IMG/VR virus record: IMGVR_UViG_3300037067_011504
Span: 29,766 to 93,765 of that record
Direction: 5' to 3' (one strand)
Length of the DNA: 64,000 nt
DNA from: a virus
Taxonomy: Duplodnaviria > Caudoviricetes
How positions within the stretch are numbered: position 1 is the first letter of the stretch; every line of letters starts with the position of its first letter. Below the pieces are notes generated by a model, which saw only the letters and a program-made list of their open reading frames with translations, had not been told where the DNA came from and did no database searches. Of the stretch, positions 36,917 to 45,909 are shown one piece after another. Position numbers and translations under genes: made by a program.

Positions 36917-37300
36917 ATGAAGTTAAGAACACTTATTGAAAGCAAACAATCCCTTGAGAACCTGTTGAAAGGATCATTACCTATCAATGTGGCATGGGAA
37001 CTTAAAAAATTCGTTAAGCTTGCCAACCCGGAACTAAGTTCATTTGAGGAACTACGTAATCAGAAGATCATAGAGCTGGGTTATGAGAAAGAAGTAGATG
37101 GTAATACAGTATCTGAGGTAAAAAAAGAAAACTTACCTGTCTTTAGAAAAGATATAGAGGAGTTGATGGATAAAGATATTGACATCATCCCTCCACAGAT
37201 AAAGATATCAGATCTTATCGGTTACAAGAACATAGATGGTAAGGAAATAAATATATCTACTGCTGATCTAATGTTGCTTGACTGGCTTATCATCGAGTAG
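36917..37300 (+). CDS. DUF1617-like protein (fibre-associated)
   Basis: LPINVAWxL...ExRxxxI..G pattern. Confidence 0.6.
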   Translation: MKLRTLIESKQSLENLLKGSLPINVAWELKKFVKLANPELSSFEELRNQKIIELGYEKEVDGNTVSEVKKENLPVFRKDIEELMDKDIDIIPPQIKISDLIGYKNIDGKEINISTADLMLLDWLIIE

Positions 37301-37375
37301 AAAAGACTTTTTTTCATAGGTTTTAGTTTAGTTGGGAATCCCGGGAAGTAGTGGCAAGCGAAACCCGGGATTTTT
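37301..37375 (+). ncRNA. terminator with 5' anti-start-codon seed (candidate 3'UTR sRNA)
   Basis: UUUUCAUAGGUUUUAGUUUAGUUG then AAUCCCGGG...CCCGGGAUU and U-tract. Confidence 0.45.
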
Positions 37376-37379
37376 ATAT

Positions 37380-37469
37380 ATTAATGAATCCATTAATAAA
37401 ACATTAATGAAAACGTTAATAAAATATTAATGTTTTAGTTGCATATTATTAATGAAAACATTAATTTTG
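37380..37469 (+). repeat. palindromic operator/iteron array 1, overlapping a promoter
   Basis: ATTAATGAAAACATTAAT-like units at 37380, 37403 and 37448; TTG-N20-TAATTTTG promoter at 37439-37469. Confidence 0.75.
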
Positions 37470-37481
37470 ACAAATAATGAT

Positions 37482-37631
37482 ATGGAAATGGAAAATATTA
37501 ATATATATTATATGACAGAAAAACAACTCAAGAAAGAGATAACTACTCTTGCCAGATACATTGATGGTCTTTATTATAAGGCTATAATCGTTAAGAAAGA
37601 TAATATTCGGTTTATCGTTGTGCTCAACTGA
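37482..37631 (+). CDS. 49-aa hypothetical protein (not in ORF track)
   Basis: MEMENINIYY...FIVVLN directly after the promoter. Confidence 0.45.
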   Translation: MEMENINIYYMTEKQLKKEITTLARYIDGLYYKAIIVKKDNIRFIVVLN

Positions 37632-37636
37632 TCATC

Positions 37637-37987
37637 ATGAAAGCAAGAACAATGAACTGGTTTCTCAGACTTATAACTGCAAAGAATGTTATTGCCATTG
37701 CTCTTGCTCCCTTTGGCATATATGTAAGAGATAATAAGACATTAAATAACATGTATATCATAAGGCATGAGAAGATACATGTAAGACAACAATATGAGCT
37801 TCTTATAGTATTCTTTTACCTATGGTATGTCATTGAATGGATGGTAAGGGGATTCGATTATGATAATATATCTTTTGAGAGAGAAGCCAATGCTAATATG
37901 TATGATAATACTTATCTGTATATACGAAAACATTATAATTGGATTAAATACTTAACTAAAACGAAAAAAGATGAAGTTACAAGTTGA
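37637..37987 (+). CDS. zincin-like metallopeptidase
   Basis: HEKIHxxQ...ISFEREA. Confidence 0.75.
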   Translation: MKARTMNWFLRLITAKNVIAIALAPFGIYVRDNKTLNNMYIIRHEKIHVRQQYELLIVFFYLWYVIEWMVRGFDYDNISFEREANANMYDNTYLYIRKHYNWIKYLTKTKKDEVTS

Positions 37988-38267
37988 CACAAATGCAAAG
38001 ACTATTAAGATCGAAGGACAGGTACAGTTCAAAGATCTTATTAAAACACTTAAGAAACTATTACCTAAAGAATGGATGGATTATTCTCTTGATGGTAGTT
38101 CAATAACCTATTGGTATAATCCTATTACATGGTATCCCTATCAACCATGGGTCTGGCCTAGTGATCCTATTGTTACATATCATACCGGAACACCGCCAAG
38201 ACAATTAGAAGGTACGTCAAGTGTAACAACTGCAAATAGTATTTATAATATTGAAGTGATGAATTGA
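37971..38267 (+). CDS. hypothetical protein
   Basis: Pro/Trp-rich C-terminal half. Confidence 0.55.
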   Translation: MKLQVDTNAKTIKIEGQVQFKDLIKTLKKLLPKEWMDYSLDGSSITYWYNPITWYPYQPWVWPSDPIVTYHTGTPPRQLEGTSSVTTANSIYNIEVMN

Positions 38268-38268
38268 T

Positions 38269-38589
38269 ATGGACAGAAAAAGATTTTTAAAGTTATTTGG
38301 TCTTGGAGTTGCAGGTATAGCAACTGCTAAGATTGTTATAAATGAAACCAAAAGAGTTGGTGAATTATCAGGAGTAATTGGAGAAAATGATATACAATTT
38401 TATGCAGGTAATGAACCATTTGCGAATGGACCATTTAAGGTGACAAAAGAGAATATTATAGTCGATAATTCGCGACATTTTATAATAAGAGTTGATGAAA
38501 AAGGAATGAGAAATTTCCATAATGCCTTAAACGAATATGTTAAGTATAGTGATTATAAGAATATATATATTGAAGATATAAATGGATAA
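38269..38589 (+). CDS. Tat-like leader fused to tail-fibre-like and MCP-like segments
   Basis: MDRKRFLK leader; GPFKVTK; RHFIIRxxxxGxxxFxxALxEY. Confidence 0.5.
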   Translation: MDRKRFLKLFGLGVAGIATAKIVINETKRVGELSGVIGENDIQFYAGNEPFANGPFKVTKENIIVDNSRHFIIRVDEKGMRNFHNALNEYVKYSDYKNIYIEDING

Positions 38590-39049
38590 CAGAGAAAAGA
38601 TAACAGGAACAGTAGTTGAGATATATGAACTAAAACAATTATCAGCATATTTCCGCAAGAGAGAGTTTGTTATCCGTTTTAGTGATACTGACTTTCAGAA
38701 TAAGATTGTTGAGAGATTCATTAAGTTTGGATTGATAAACCAAGATGTTCCGTTATTGGATAATGTAAGGATTGATGACACTGTAGCAGTATCTTATTAT
38801 ATCGATGGACGAAACATAGTAAAAGATGGTAAGACAAGTAACTTTACAAATCTTGTGTGTTATGAGTTAGATGTATTATCATCGGTATCAAGAGACACTG
38901 CGAAAGAGAAGAATGAGGTCATCATACCAGGAGGGACAGCACCACTTAAACAGTCAACACTCGATGAACTGATGATAACACCTGGAGAAGAAGATGATCC
39001 TTTTCCTGTTAATAATAAAGTAAATGATTTCTCAGGTTTGCCATTTTAA
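38582..39049 (+). CDS. DUF3127 family SSB-like protein
   Basis: ITGTV, FRKREFVI, IDGR, FTNL, C-terminal LPF. Confidence 0.8.
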   Translation: MDNREKITGTVVEIYELKQLSAYFRKREFVIRFSDTDFQNKIVERFIKFGLINQDVPLLDNVRIDDTVAVSYYIDGRNIVKDGKTSNFTNLVCYELDVLSSVSRDTAKEKNEVIIPGGTAPLKQSTLDELMITPGEEDDPFPVNNKVNDFSGLPF

Positions 39050-39056
39050 GTTTAAG

Positions 39057-39341
39057 ATGATGGATGAATTGATTAACATAGCTAACTACTGTAACTCTGT
39101 ACTTATTAAGTATGGACAGGTTATACGCATGTGTAATGCTATCTATATTAAAGATGATGATGTTATACAGATCAATATCAGGTACCGTAACCGTGGCGAT
39201 GATATGTTCCAGACATACCAGTACCAGATAGAGAACTTTGACTTTCTTATCACTGATACCGAGGTCATGGTTAATAGGTCTGCAATAAACAATATCAATA
39301 CAGAGATAGAGAAGATAGTATATGTTACTGCGTTAAATTAA
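39057..39341 (+). CDS. hypothetical protein
   Basis: Start placed at MMDEL. Confidence 0.55.
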   Translation: MMDELINIANYCNSVLIKYGQVIRMCNAIYIKDDDVIQINIRYRNRGDDMFQTYQYQIENFDFLITDTEVMVNRSAINNINTEIEKIVYVTALN

Positions 39342-39377
39342 CGAATCCATTAACATTTAATTAATGAAAACATTAAT
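39337..39377. repeat. palindromic array 2
   Basis: Units at 39337 and 39360 (23-bp period). Confidence 0.7.
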
Positions 39378-39379
39378 AT

Positions 39380-39691
39380 ATGATCATATATGATATTGCA
39401 TTAATGCCAGTCGGTCTAAGACCTGATATATGGCATCAGTTATCACATGAAGGTATACTTCTTTATGATTCAACACTAACAGGTAATATACCATTTAAGA
39501 CAGAACCTGATAATGTATCTCTGATAGATATAAGCAGTATGACGCCTGATAGTATAAAGATACTTACAGACTATATAAATAAAGAGAATGAGGAACTTGA
39601 TGTTAGGCAGTCAGAAGGGTATAAGATAGCAAGGGAGAATAACGATAAACTTATAAGTTATCTTAAGAAGATAAATGATAGTAATCAGTAA
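39380..39691 (+). CDS. portal-fragment paralog (clip region)
   Basis: 14 of the first 37 aligned residues identical to portal aa 455-491. Confidence 0.65.
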   Translation: MIIYDIALMPVGLRPDIWHQLSHEGILLYDSTLTGNIPFKTEPDNVSLIDISSMTPDSIKILTDYINKENEELDVRQSEGYKIARENNDKLISYLKKINDSNQ

Positions 39692-39736
39692 TATATCATA
39701 CCAATATGAGAAGTGTAGCAGCTTATCTAAGGATAT

Positions 39737-39769
39737 AATAGCCTCTCTATTAAGAGGGGCTATTCCTTT
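39737..39769 (+). terminator. stem-loop/terminator
   Basis: AATAGCCTCTCT-ATTA-AGAGGGGCTATT. Confidence 0.6.
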
Positions 39770-39772
39770 GGT

Positions 39773-39836
39773 ATTAATGAAAACATTAATAAAATATTAA
39801 TGGAAACATTAATAAAAGGTTAATGAAAACATTAAC
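39773..39836. repeat. palindromic array 3
   Basis: Units at 39773, 39796 and 39819 (23-bp period). Confidence 0.8.
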
Positions 39837-39846
39837 ATATTAAGAC

Positions 39847-40251
39847 ATGGAGATAGATAATGAAGTTTTTAACATCGACACTACATCAGAGAAATTCTTT
39901 GATGAATATTTAATGATCAAGAAACCATTGCTTGAATATATCTTAAGTAAGTTGAATAATAAACCTATCACGTTAAATCCTAAGTTATTACATGTATTCT
40001 CATTATTATTACATTATAATAATCAATATCGTAATATGGAGAATGGTGATAAGTGGAAGATAATATTCGATAATGGAACACGAAAGACAATAGCTGATAA
40101 GCTCAATATCAACCTTAAACATCTTAATACATATATATCTATCTTACGTAATATAAAAATATTGAATGGTAAGACAATAAACAAACCATTTATAGTATAT
40201 CCGGATAATGAATTTTCACTTATCTATAAATTCAATATAAAAGATGAATAG
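39847..40251 (+). CDS. winged-HTH DNA-binding protein
   Basis: TRKTIADKLNI..KHLNTYISILR..KIL HTH pattern. Confidence 0.65.
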   Translation: MEIDNEVFNIDTTSEKFFDEYLMIKKPLLEYILSKLNNKPITLNPKLLHVFSLLLHYNNQYRNMENGDKWKIIFDNGTRKTIADKLNINLKHLNTYISILRNIKILNGKTINKPFIVYPDNEFSLIYKFNIKDE

Positions 40252-40513
40252 TGGAGACACAAGAAAGATAATAAAAAAGATAGCTGAAGAAGAAGGTATA
40301 AGCGAATGGGCAGTGAGAATGATAGTGATGAGTGAGTTTGAAGGTGTTAGCAGAGTTATTCAATCAGGTATACGTGACAAACCTGAGACATTTAAAAATA
40401 TTGTCCTTAATGCTTTCGGTGCATTTAATGTGATGCCATCAGCATTTAATAAGTTTAAGAAATCAAAGAGAATAATAAGAAAAAGAAGAATAAGACATGA
40501 TAGCAGGAAGTGA
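40244..40513 (+). CDS. HU/IHF-like DNA-binding protein
   Basis: IIKKIAEEEGIS...NIVLNAFGAF. Confidence 0.7.
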   Translation: MNSGDTRKIIKKIAEEEGISEWAVRMIVMSEFEGVSRVIQSGIRDKPETFKNIVLNAFGAFNVMPSAFNKFKKSKRIIRKRRIRHDSRK

Positions 40514-41099
40514 TAACAGACTATTTATTATCGAGAATGATAAGGTAGTTATAAACCCAAAAGCACTTATAATACCAGAGTTTGCAACTATACATGAGAG
40601 AGACCGGTCAACAGGGAAGAAGAGATCAGTAAGAGAGTTTGCGTATATATACTATATTGCAGATTATAAATCAGAATATGATGTATATGGTCTATCAAAA
40701 GAAAGTCAGCTGGGACTGGATCTGTTTAATAATAAGAATTACAAACCTGATCCTGAGATACAGAAAGCAATAGAGAAGTATAAGTTATTACAGGAGACAC
40801 CGTCCATGCGTTATCTTATATCTATGCGCAAGAGAATAAACAGGACAATAACATATCTTGATAATGTAGAGATAAGAGATAAGATAAAAGGAGAAGAAGG
40901 GGAAGTAAAATATCTTAATCCTCATGTGACAATAGATAAGATAGTGACCACTATGAAACAGATTGAGGATGTCATAGAGAAACTTGAGAAATGGGAAAAG
41001 AAGGTCTTTGATGAGGAAGAGGATATGAAGATACGTGGTGGTGGTATGCTTAATGTCTTTGAAGATCCGGAATCAGCTAAATGGATTAATAATAAATAA
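40497..41099 (+). CDS. conserved crAss-like protein, probable terminase small subunit
   Basis: ERDRS..K....EFAYIY, IRGGG; located upstream of TerL. Confidence 0.55.
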   Translation: MIAGSDNRLFIIENDKVVINPKALIIPEFATIHERDRSTGKKRSVREFAYIYYIADYKSEYDVYGLSKESQLGLDLFNNKNYKPDPEIQKAIEKYKLLQETPSMRYLISMRKRINRTITYLDNVEIRDKIKGEEGEVKYLNPHVTIDKIVTTMKQIEDVIEKLEKWEKKVFDEEEDMKIRGGGMLNVFEDPESAKWINNK

Positions 41100-41101
41100 T
41101 T

Positions 41102-41308
41102 ATGATAAGAGTAGAGAGAGATAATTCATATAAAACATTTTACTGGCCATCTAAAGGTGAGGTATATGATACAGAAAGACATGAGAAGCTTATAATTAAG
41201 ATATTTGGTTTAACTATATATAAAAGAAATAGAGAATTCAATGCAGAATATTTCGAAAAGAATACTAATATCGGATATAAGAGTATAAATGAAAATAATA
41301 GAACTTAA
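41102..41308 (+). CDS. hypothetical protein
   Basis: Coupled ORF. Confidence 0.45.
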   Translation: MIRVERDNSYKTFYWPSKGEVYDTERHEKLIIKIFGLTIYKRNREFNAEYFEKNTNIGYKSINENNRT

Positions 41309-43481
41309 AGAGAAGGAGATAGGATTATACAAAAAGACTCCTCATTATAATACGTCTGAATTTACCGTAGCAGCACAACATTTCAAGGAGTTCAACTGTT
41401 ATACCCGTCACCCAGTAAACACGTCTCCACATAGTCTATGGTATAAGTTTTGGGTACAGGAGGCATCAAGGTGCCTATATGGTTATAATATAGGTCGTGA
41501 CTGGATACCTGGGTACTTCTATTATTATCTTAATTATTCTCCGATAGAAAAGGCTGTAAAGATTAATGATGAACCATTAATAGTGTTACCTGAGACGTCA
41601 TTACAATACAGTATAGATGAACAGGGACGAAAAGATAATAACTCATTTTCACTAAACATACCAGATGAAGATGAGTTTTTAAGTATACAGGCAGAGAGAT
41701 TAACTGATTTTCCTGATTTTTGGGATAGTGATTATGACTTCTTTCATTATCTTGAAGAAGCAGAACAATCCGGAGAACATGCTGCAGTGCTTAAGACCAG
41801 GGGAAGAGGTTATAGTTTTAAAGGAAGTTCAATGCTTAACAGGAATTTCTATCTCATACCACGTTCTAAATCATATGCATTTGCATCAGAAAAGGAATAT
41901 CTTATTAATGATGGATTGCTTACCAAGGCATGGGATATGATGGGTCATATAGAGACCAATACACCATGGGGTAAGAGAAAGAGCAAAGTAGATACCATGA
42001 TGCATAAGAGAGCTTCTTATATGAAGATGCATAATGGTATAATGTCAGAACTTGGATTTGGTAGTGAGATAATAGGTTTATCATTTAAGAATAATCCACA
42101 AAAAGGAAGAGGGAAACGAGGGAAACTTATATTGTGGGAAGAAGGTGGAGTATTTCCATATGTACTACAGTCATGGAATATATCACTTAAGTCTATGGCA
42201 CAGGGAAGACTTGTTTTTGGACTCATGGTGATCTTTGGTACCGGGGGAACAGAGATAAATGATATAATAGGACTGGATCAGTTATATTCAAGAGGAGCAG
42301 GATATAAGGTACATATGATACCAAATACCTTCGAACCGGAATTAGGATATTCCAAGACTGGAATATTTATTGGAGAACAAAGAAACCATGAAATAGCCAT
42401 GGACAAAGATGGTAATTCAAATGTAGAGAAGGCAATGGAATTCATTATGAAGGACCGTATAGATTATCTTGAGAAGACAAAGAATAAAGAGATGCTCTTG
42501 AGATATATTGCAGAAGCTCCTATTAAACCATCAGAGGCTTTAATGCAGATAGGAAGTAATATCTTTCCGGTGGACCTGTTAAAACAACAGAAAGCATATC
42601 TGTTATCACATAGAGATACCATGATTGATAGTGCATGGGTAGGATTACTTGTACCTGATCCAGAGACGGGTGTTATAGAATGGAAGATAGATAATACTCT
42701 CATACCGATTGATCACTATCCTCATAATGATATAAGTAATCTTAATGGTTGTGTAGTTATATATGAACCGCCAGTTAAAGATAAGAGTGGTAATATACCT
42801 TATGGATTATATATATCAGGCAATGATAACTATGATCATGATCAGAGCACTACAGAATCATTAGGATCAACATTTGTCATGAGCAGGATGACAGAAAGGA
42901 TAGTAGCAGAATATACCGGGAGACCATTCACAGCATCTATGTTCTATAATACTAATAGATATCTTCTAATTTATTATAATGCCATACAGAACTTCGAGAA
43001 CAACCTTAAAGGACTACATGCAGATTTCATTAAGAACAGATGTGAACATCTTCTTGCTGACACACCTGATAATGTAAAAGACAAGATAGAAGATAAGAGA
43101 GTTCTCAATAGAAAAAAGGGCACACCAGGTACTACACCTATAAAAAAGATGGGAAGAGAATATATCCTTGAATGGTTGATGAGAGAGGCAGAACCAGGAA
43201 CAGGAATACTTAACCTGCATAAGATACGCAGTATAGCATTACTTGATGAACTGATATATTGTAATTCAACAGGTAACTTTGACAGGATAGATGCTCTTAT
43301 ATATCTCCTTATCTATCATGAAGACTTATGGCAACGTATACCAAGTTATGATACAAGACCAAAGAAAGAGTTACATCCATTCTTTGCCAATGATCCATTA
43401 ATAAAGCTTAATACTCAAAAAGATAAAAAGTTTATAATAGACAAGAATGTAATGATTTATCCTGTTACTAAAATGTTTTAA
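41289..43481 (+). CDS. terL: terminase large subunit
   Basis: LKTRGRGYS Walker A, ILWEEGG Walker B, FGTGG, nuclease motifs ISGND and GNFDRIDA. Confidence 0.93.
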   Translation: MKIIELKEKEIGLYKKTPHYNTSEFTVAAQHFKEFNCYTRHPVNTSPHSLWYKFWVQEASRCLYGYNIGRDWIPGYFYYYLNYSPIEKAVKINDEPLIVLPETSLQYSIDEQGRKDNNSFSLNIPDEDEFLSIQAERLTDFPDFWDSDYDFFHYLEEAEQSGEHAAVLKTRGRGYSFKGSSMLNRNFYLIPRSKSYAFASEKEYLINDGLLTKAWDMMGHIETNTPWGKRKSKVDTMMHKRASYMKMHNGIMSELGFGSEIIGLSFKNNPQKGRGKRGKLILWEEGGVFPYVLQSWNISLKSMAQGRLVFGLMVIFGTGGTEINDIIGLDQLYSRGAGYKVHMIPNTFEPELGYSKTGIFIGEQRNHEIAMDKDGNSNVEKAMEFIMKDRIDYLEKTKNKEMLLRYIAEAPIKPSEALMQIGSNIFPVDLLKQQKAYLLSHRDTMIDSAWVGLLVPDPETGVIEWKIDNTLIPIDHYPHNDISNLNGCVVIYEPPVKDKSGNIPYGLYISGNDNYDHDQSTTESLGSTFVMSRMTERIVAEYTGRPFTASMFYNTNRYLLIYYNAIQNFENNLKGLHADFIKNRCEHLLADTPDNVKDKIEDKRVLNRKKGTPGTTPIKKMGREYILEWLMREAEPGTGILNLHKIRSIALLDELIYCNSTGNFDRIDALIYLLIYHEDLWQRIPSYDTRPKKELHPFFANDPLIKLNTQKDKKFIIDKNVMIYPVTKMF

Positions 43482-43524
43482 TAAATATTATAATTGTAGT
43501 AATTTGCACATAAATAAAAAAAGT

Positions 43525-45909
43525 ATGGCTAATAAAATATTTTCTTTTCCAAAACAGAAGTTATCTTATAAAGAGAAAACTGAAGAGTGGCATATCGAAA
43601 ATGTTAAAGCCGGAGTACTATTAAGTGATTATAATCCGAGTAAGTCAAGGAAGACAAAACAGGAGATGACACTTAACTATGATCTTGTTTCCGGGAAGTT
43701 TGATGAGAAAGATATTGACCGTTCATTGAATCCGAAATCTTTCAAAGGGATTAACTTTCCTGCGAAGATACAGAACTATCCTATAGAACTTACAAAACTT
43801 GATGTATTAAAGGGAGAGGAGATATCAAGACCATTCAACTGGTACCTGAGAGCTGTCAATGATCATGTAATAATAGAGAAGGAAGAGAAAGAGCAAAAAG
43901 AGTTGCAGGAATATATTGTAAGGGAACTGAAAAATCCAGACTATTCCGAGTTACAGGCAAAGAATAACCTACAAAAGCTAAAGAAATATTATGTCTATGA
44001 CTATCAGGATAAGAGGGAAGAGATGGGTACCAGGTTACTTCAATATCTATGGAGGACACAAAAGATACCAACACTTACCACTGATGCATTCTATGATATT
44101 GTAACTGTCGCTGAGGAACAATATGCATGTGACATCTTTCATGGAGAACCAAAGAACAGGAAAGTAAGACCACGATCATTATCAGCATTCGGATTAGGTG
44201 AGAGTAATTATATTGAGGATGCAATGATAATTGTTGAAGATAGTTATATGTCTGTTGGTAGTGTCATTGATATGTTCTTCGATTATCTCACTGATGACCA
44301 GGTAAAGATTCTTGATGAAGGAAAACTTAATAAGACAATAGGACAGAATATAATGTTTTCCGGACCTATTAGTCTTAATGATGAATATGTATTACAATAC
44401 GGCACACAGTTATTACCAGTATCAAGTTCAGATGTATTATCATATGGGGGAGGGTTTGATGATGAAGGGAATGTAAGAGTTACAAGGGTATGCTGGAAGT
44501 CAAAAGTTAAAGTAGGAGAACTGACATATTATGAAGATGGAGAGGAGTTGAAGGATTATGTGTCGGAAGATTATGTTATCGATAAGTTAAAGGGAGAGAA
44601 AGTTAAATGGTTATGGCTTAATGAATGGAGACAAGGATATAATATTGGTGGAGTAGGAGACGGATTCTTTGTTAAGCTAGAGATGCTTCCACGACTTGGT
44701 ATGACATATAATAATCCATCTAGGGTAATGCCGCCATACATAGGAACAATATATAAGATAGGTGAGAAAGCTTATTCTCTTGTTGATCGTATACGTCCAT
44801 ATAAATATCTCTATAATATTACTATGACTCGTGCTGAGATGGCAAGTGCTCGTAATAAAGGTAATCTCACAGAACTTGATCTGGCACGTATACCTGATGG
44901 CTGGGATCCTGATATATGGATGATGTATGCAGAGGCTAATGGATGGTTCCTAACTGATTCCTTCAAAGAAGGTAATGAAGGTGCTGCCTTGGGAAAACTG
45001 CTTAATAACATAAATAACCGATCACCGGTAACACTTAATCTTGATGCCTCGCAACAGATAATGACACAACTGGAGTTTGCCAGGTATATAAAGAATGAGA
45101 TAAATGAGATAACAGGTATAACACCACAAAGAGAAGGTATGATAAGCAACCGTGAGACACTTGGTGGTGTTAACAGATCATTACAACAATCGTCCTTTAT
45201 AACAGAACCATACTTCCATATACATGATAATACCAAGTTAAGATTACTGGAGCTTAATCTTGAGACAGCGAAGTATTGTTTTCGTGATCAGTCATTCTCA
45301 CTTAATATCCTTGATGATGGATTGATAAAAAATACACTTAAGATAGATGGTAAACTTCTCAGTGAGACAGTATATGGTATGTATATGAGTGATGGTAAAG
45401 ATGACGCAGAGTTATTTAATTATATCAAACAATATGCTCATGCAGCATTACAGAATGATACCGGTAAGTTTAAAGATATATTCGAGATAATGAAGTCAAA
45501 GAGTATCGCTGCAGTAGGTAAACGTATGGAAGAGGCTGAACAGGAACGTATCATGGAGAAAGATCTTGATATGGAGAAACAACAACAGGCACAGATGAGC
45601 ATCAATGAAGCAAATATTAAATGGGAGCAGATGAAGTTTAATCAACAGATGCAGATAGACATGAGGAAACTGCAGAATGAGATAGAACTTAAGATCCTTG
45701 ATATAGAGGCAATAAAATATAATACTGATGCCAAGTCAGAGATAGAGATTGAGAGATTGAGAGTTGAGATACAGATATCAAAGGATAAGTTACGTGCAAC
45801 ATTGGAAAAGATGAGACAGGATAATGAGGAGTTTAATCGTAAACTATCACAAGAAAGAGAATTGTTTAATAAAGATCTTGCTATGAGGAGACAAAAGGTG
45901 CCTGCATAA
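43525..45909 (+). CDS. portal protein
   Basis: FPKQKL..K...W, IQNYPI, GEE, ITGITPQREG; follows TerL; start placed at MANKIF. Confidence 0.9.
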   Translation: MANKIFSFPKQKLSYKEKTEEWHIENVKAGVLLSDYNPSKSRKTKQEMTLNYDLVSGKFDEKDIDRSLNPKSFKGINFPAKIQNYPIELTKLDVLKGEEISRPFNWYLRAVNDHVIIEKEEKEQKELQEYIVRELKNPDYSELQAKNNLQKLKKYYVYDYQDKREEMGTRLLQYLWRTQKIPTLTTDAFYDIVTVAEEQYACDIFHGEPKNRKVRPRSLSAFGLGESNYIEDAMIIVEDSYMSVGSVIDMFFDYLTDDQVKILDEGKLNKTIGQNIMFSGPISLNDEYVLQYGTQLLPVSSSDVLSYGGGFDDEGNVRVTRVCWKSKVKVGELTYYEDGEELKDYVSEDYVIDKLKGEKVKWLWLNEWRQGYNIGGVGDGFFVKLEMLPRLGMTYNNPSRVMPPYIGTIYKIGEKAYSLVDRIRPYKYLYNITMTRAEMASARNKGNLTELDLARIPDGWDPDIWMMYAEANGWFLTDSFKEGNEGAALGKLLNNINNRSPVTLNLDASQQIMTQLEFARYIKNEINEITGITPQREGMISNRETLGGVNRSLQQSSFITEPYFHIHDNTKLRLLELNLETAKYCFRDQSFSLNILDDGLIKNTLKIDGKLLSETVYGMYMSDGKDDAELFNYIKQYAHAALQNDTGKFKDIFEIMKSKSIAAVGKRMEEAEQERIMEKDLDMEKQQQAQMSINEANIKWEQMKFNQQMQIDMRKLQNEIELKILDIEAIKYNTDAKSEIEIERLRVEIQISKDKLRATLEKMRQDNEEFNRKLSQERELFNKDLAMRRQKVPA

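Noticed and set aside
37380-39836. CRISPR array
   Set aside because: Units are 18 bp with 5-bp linkers, with no unique spacers and no cas operon.
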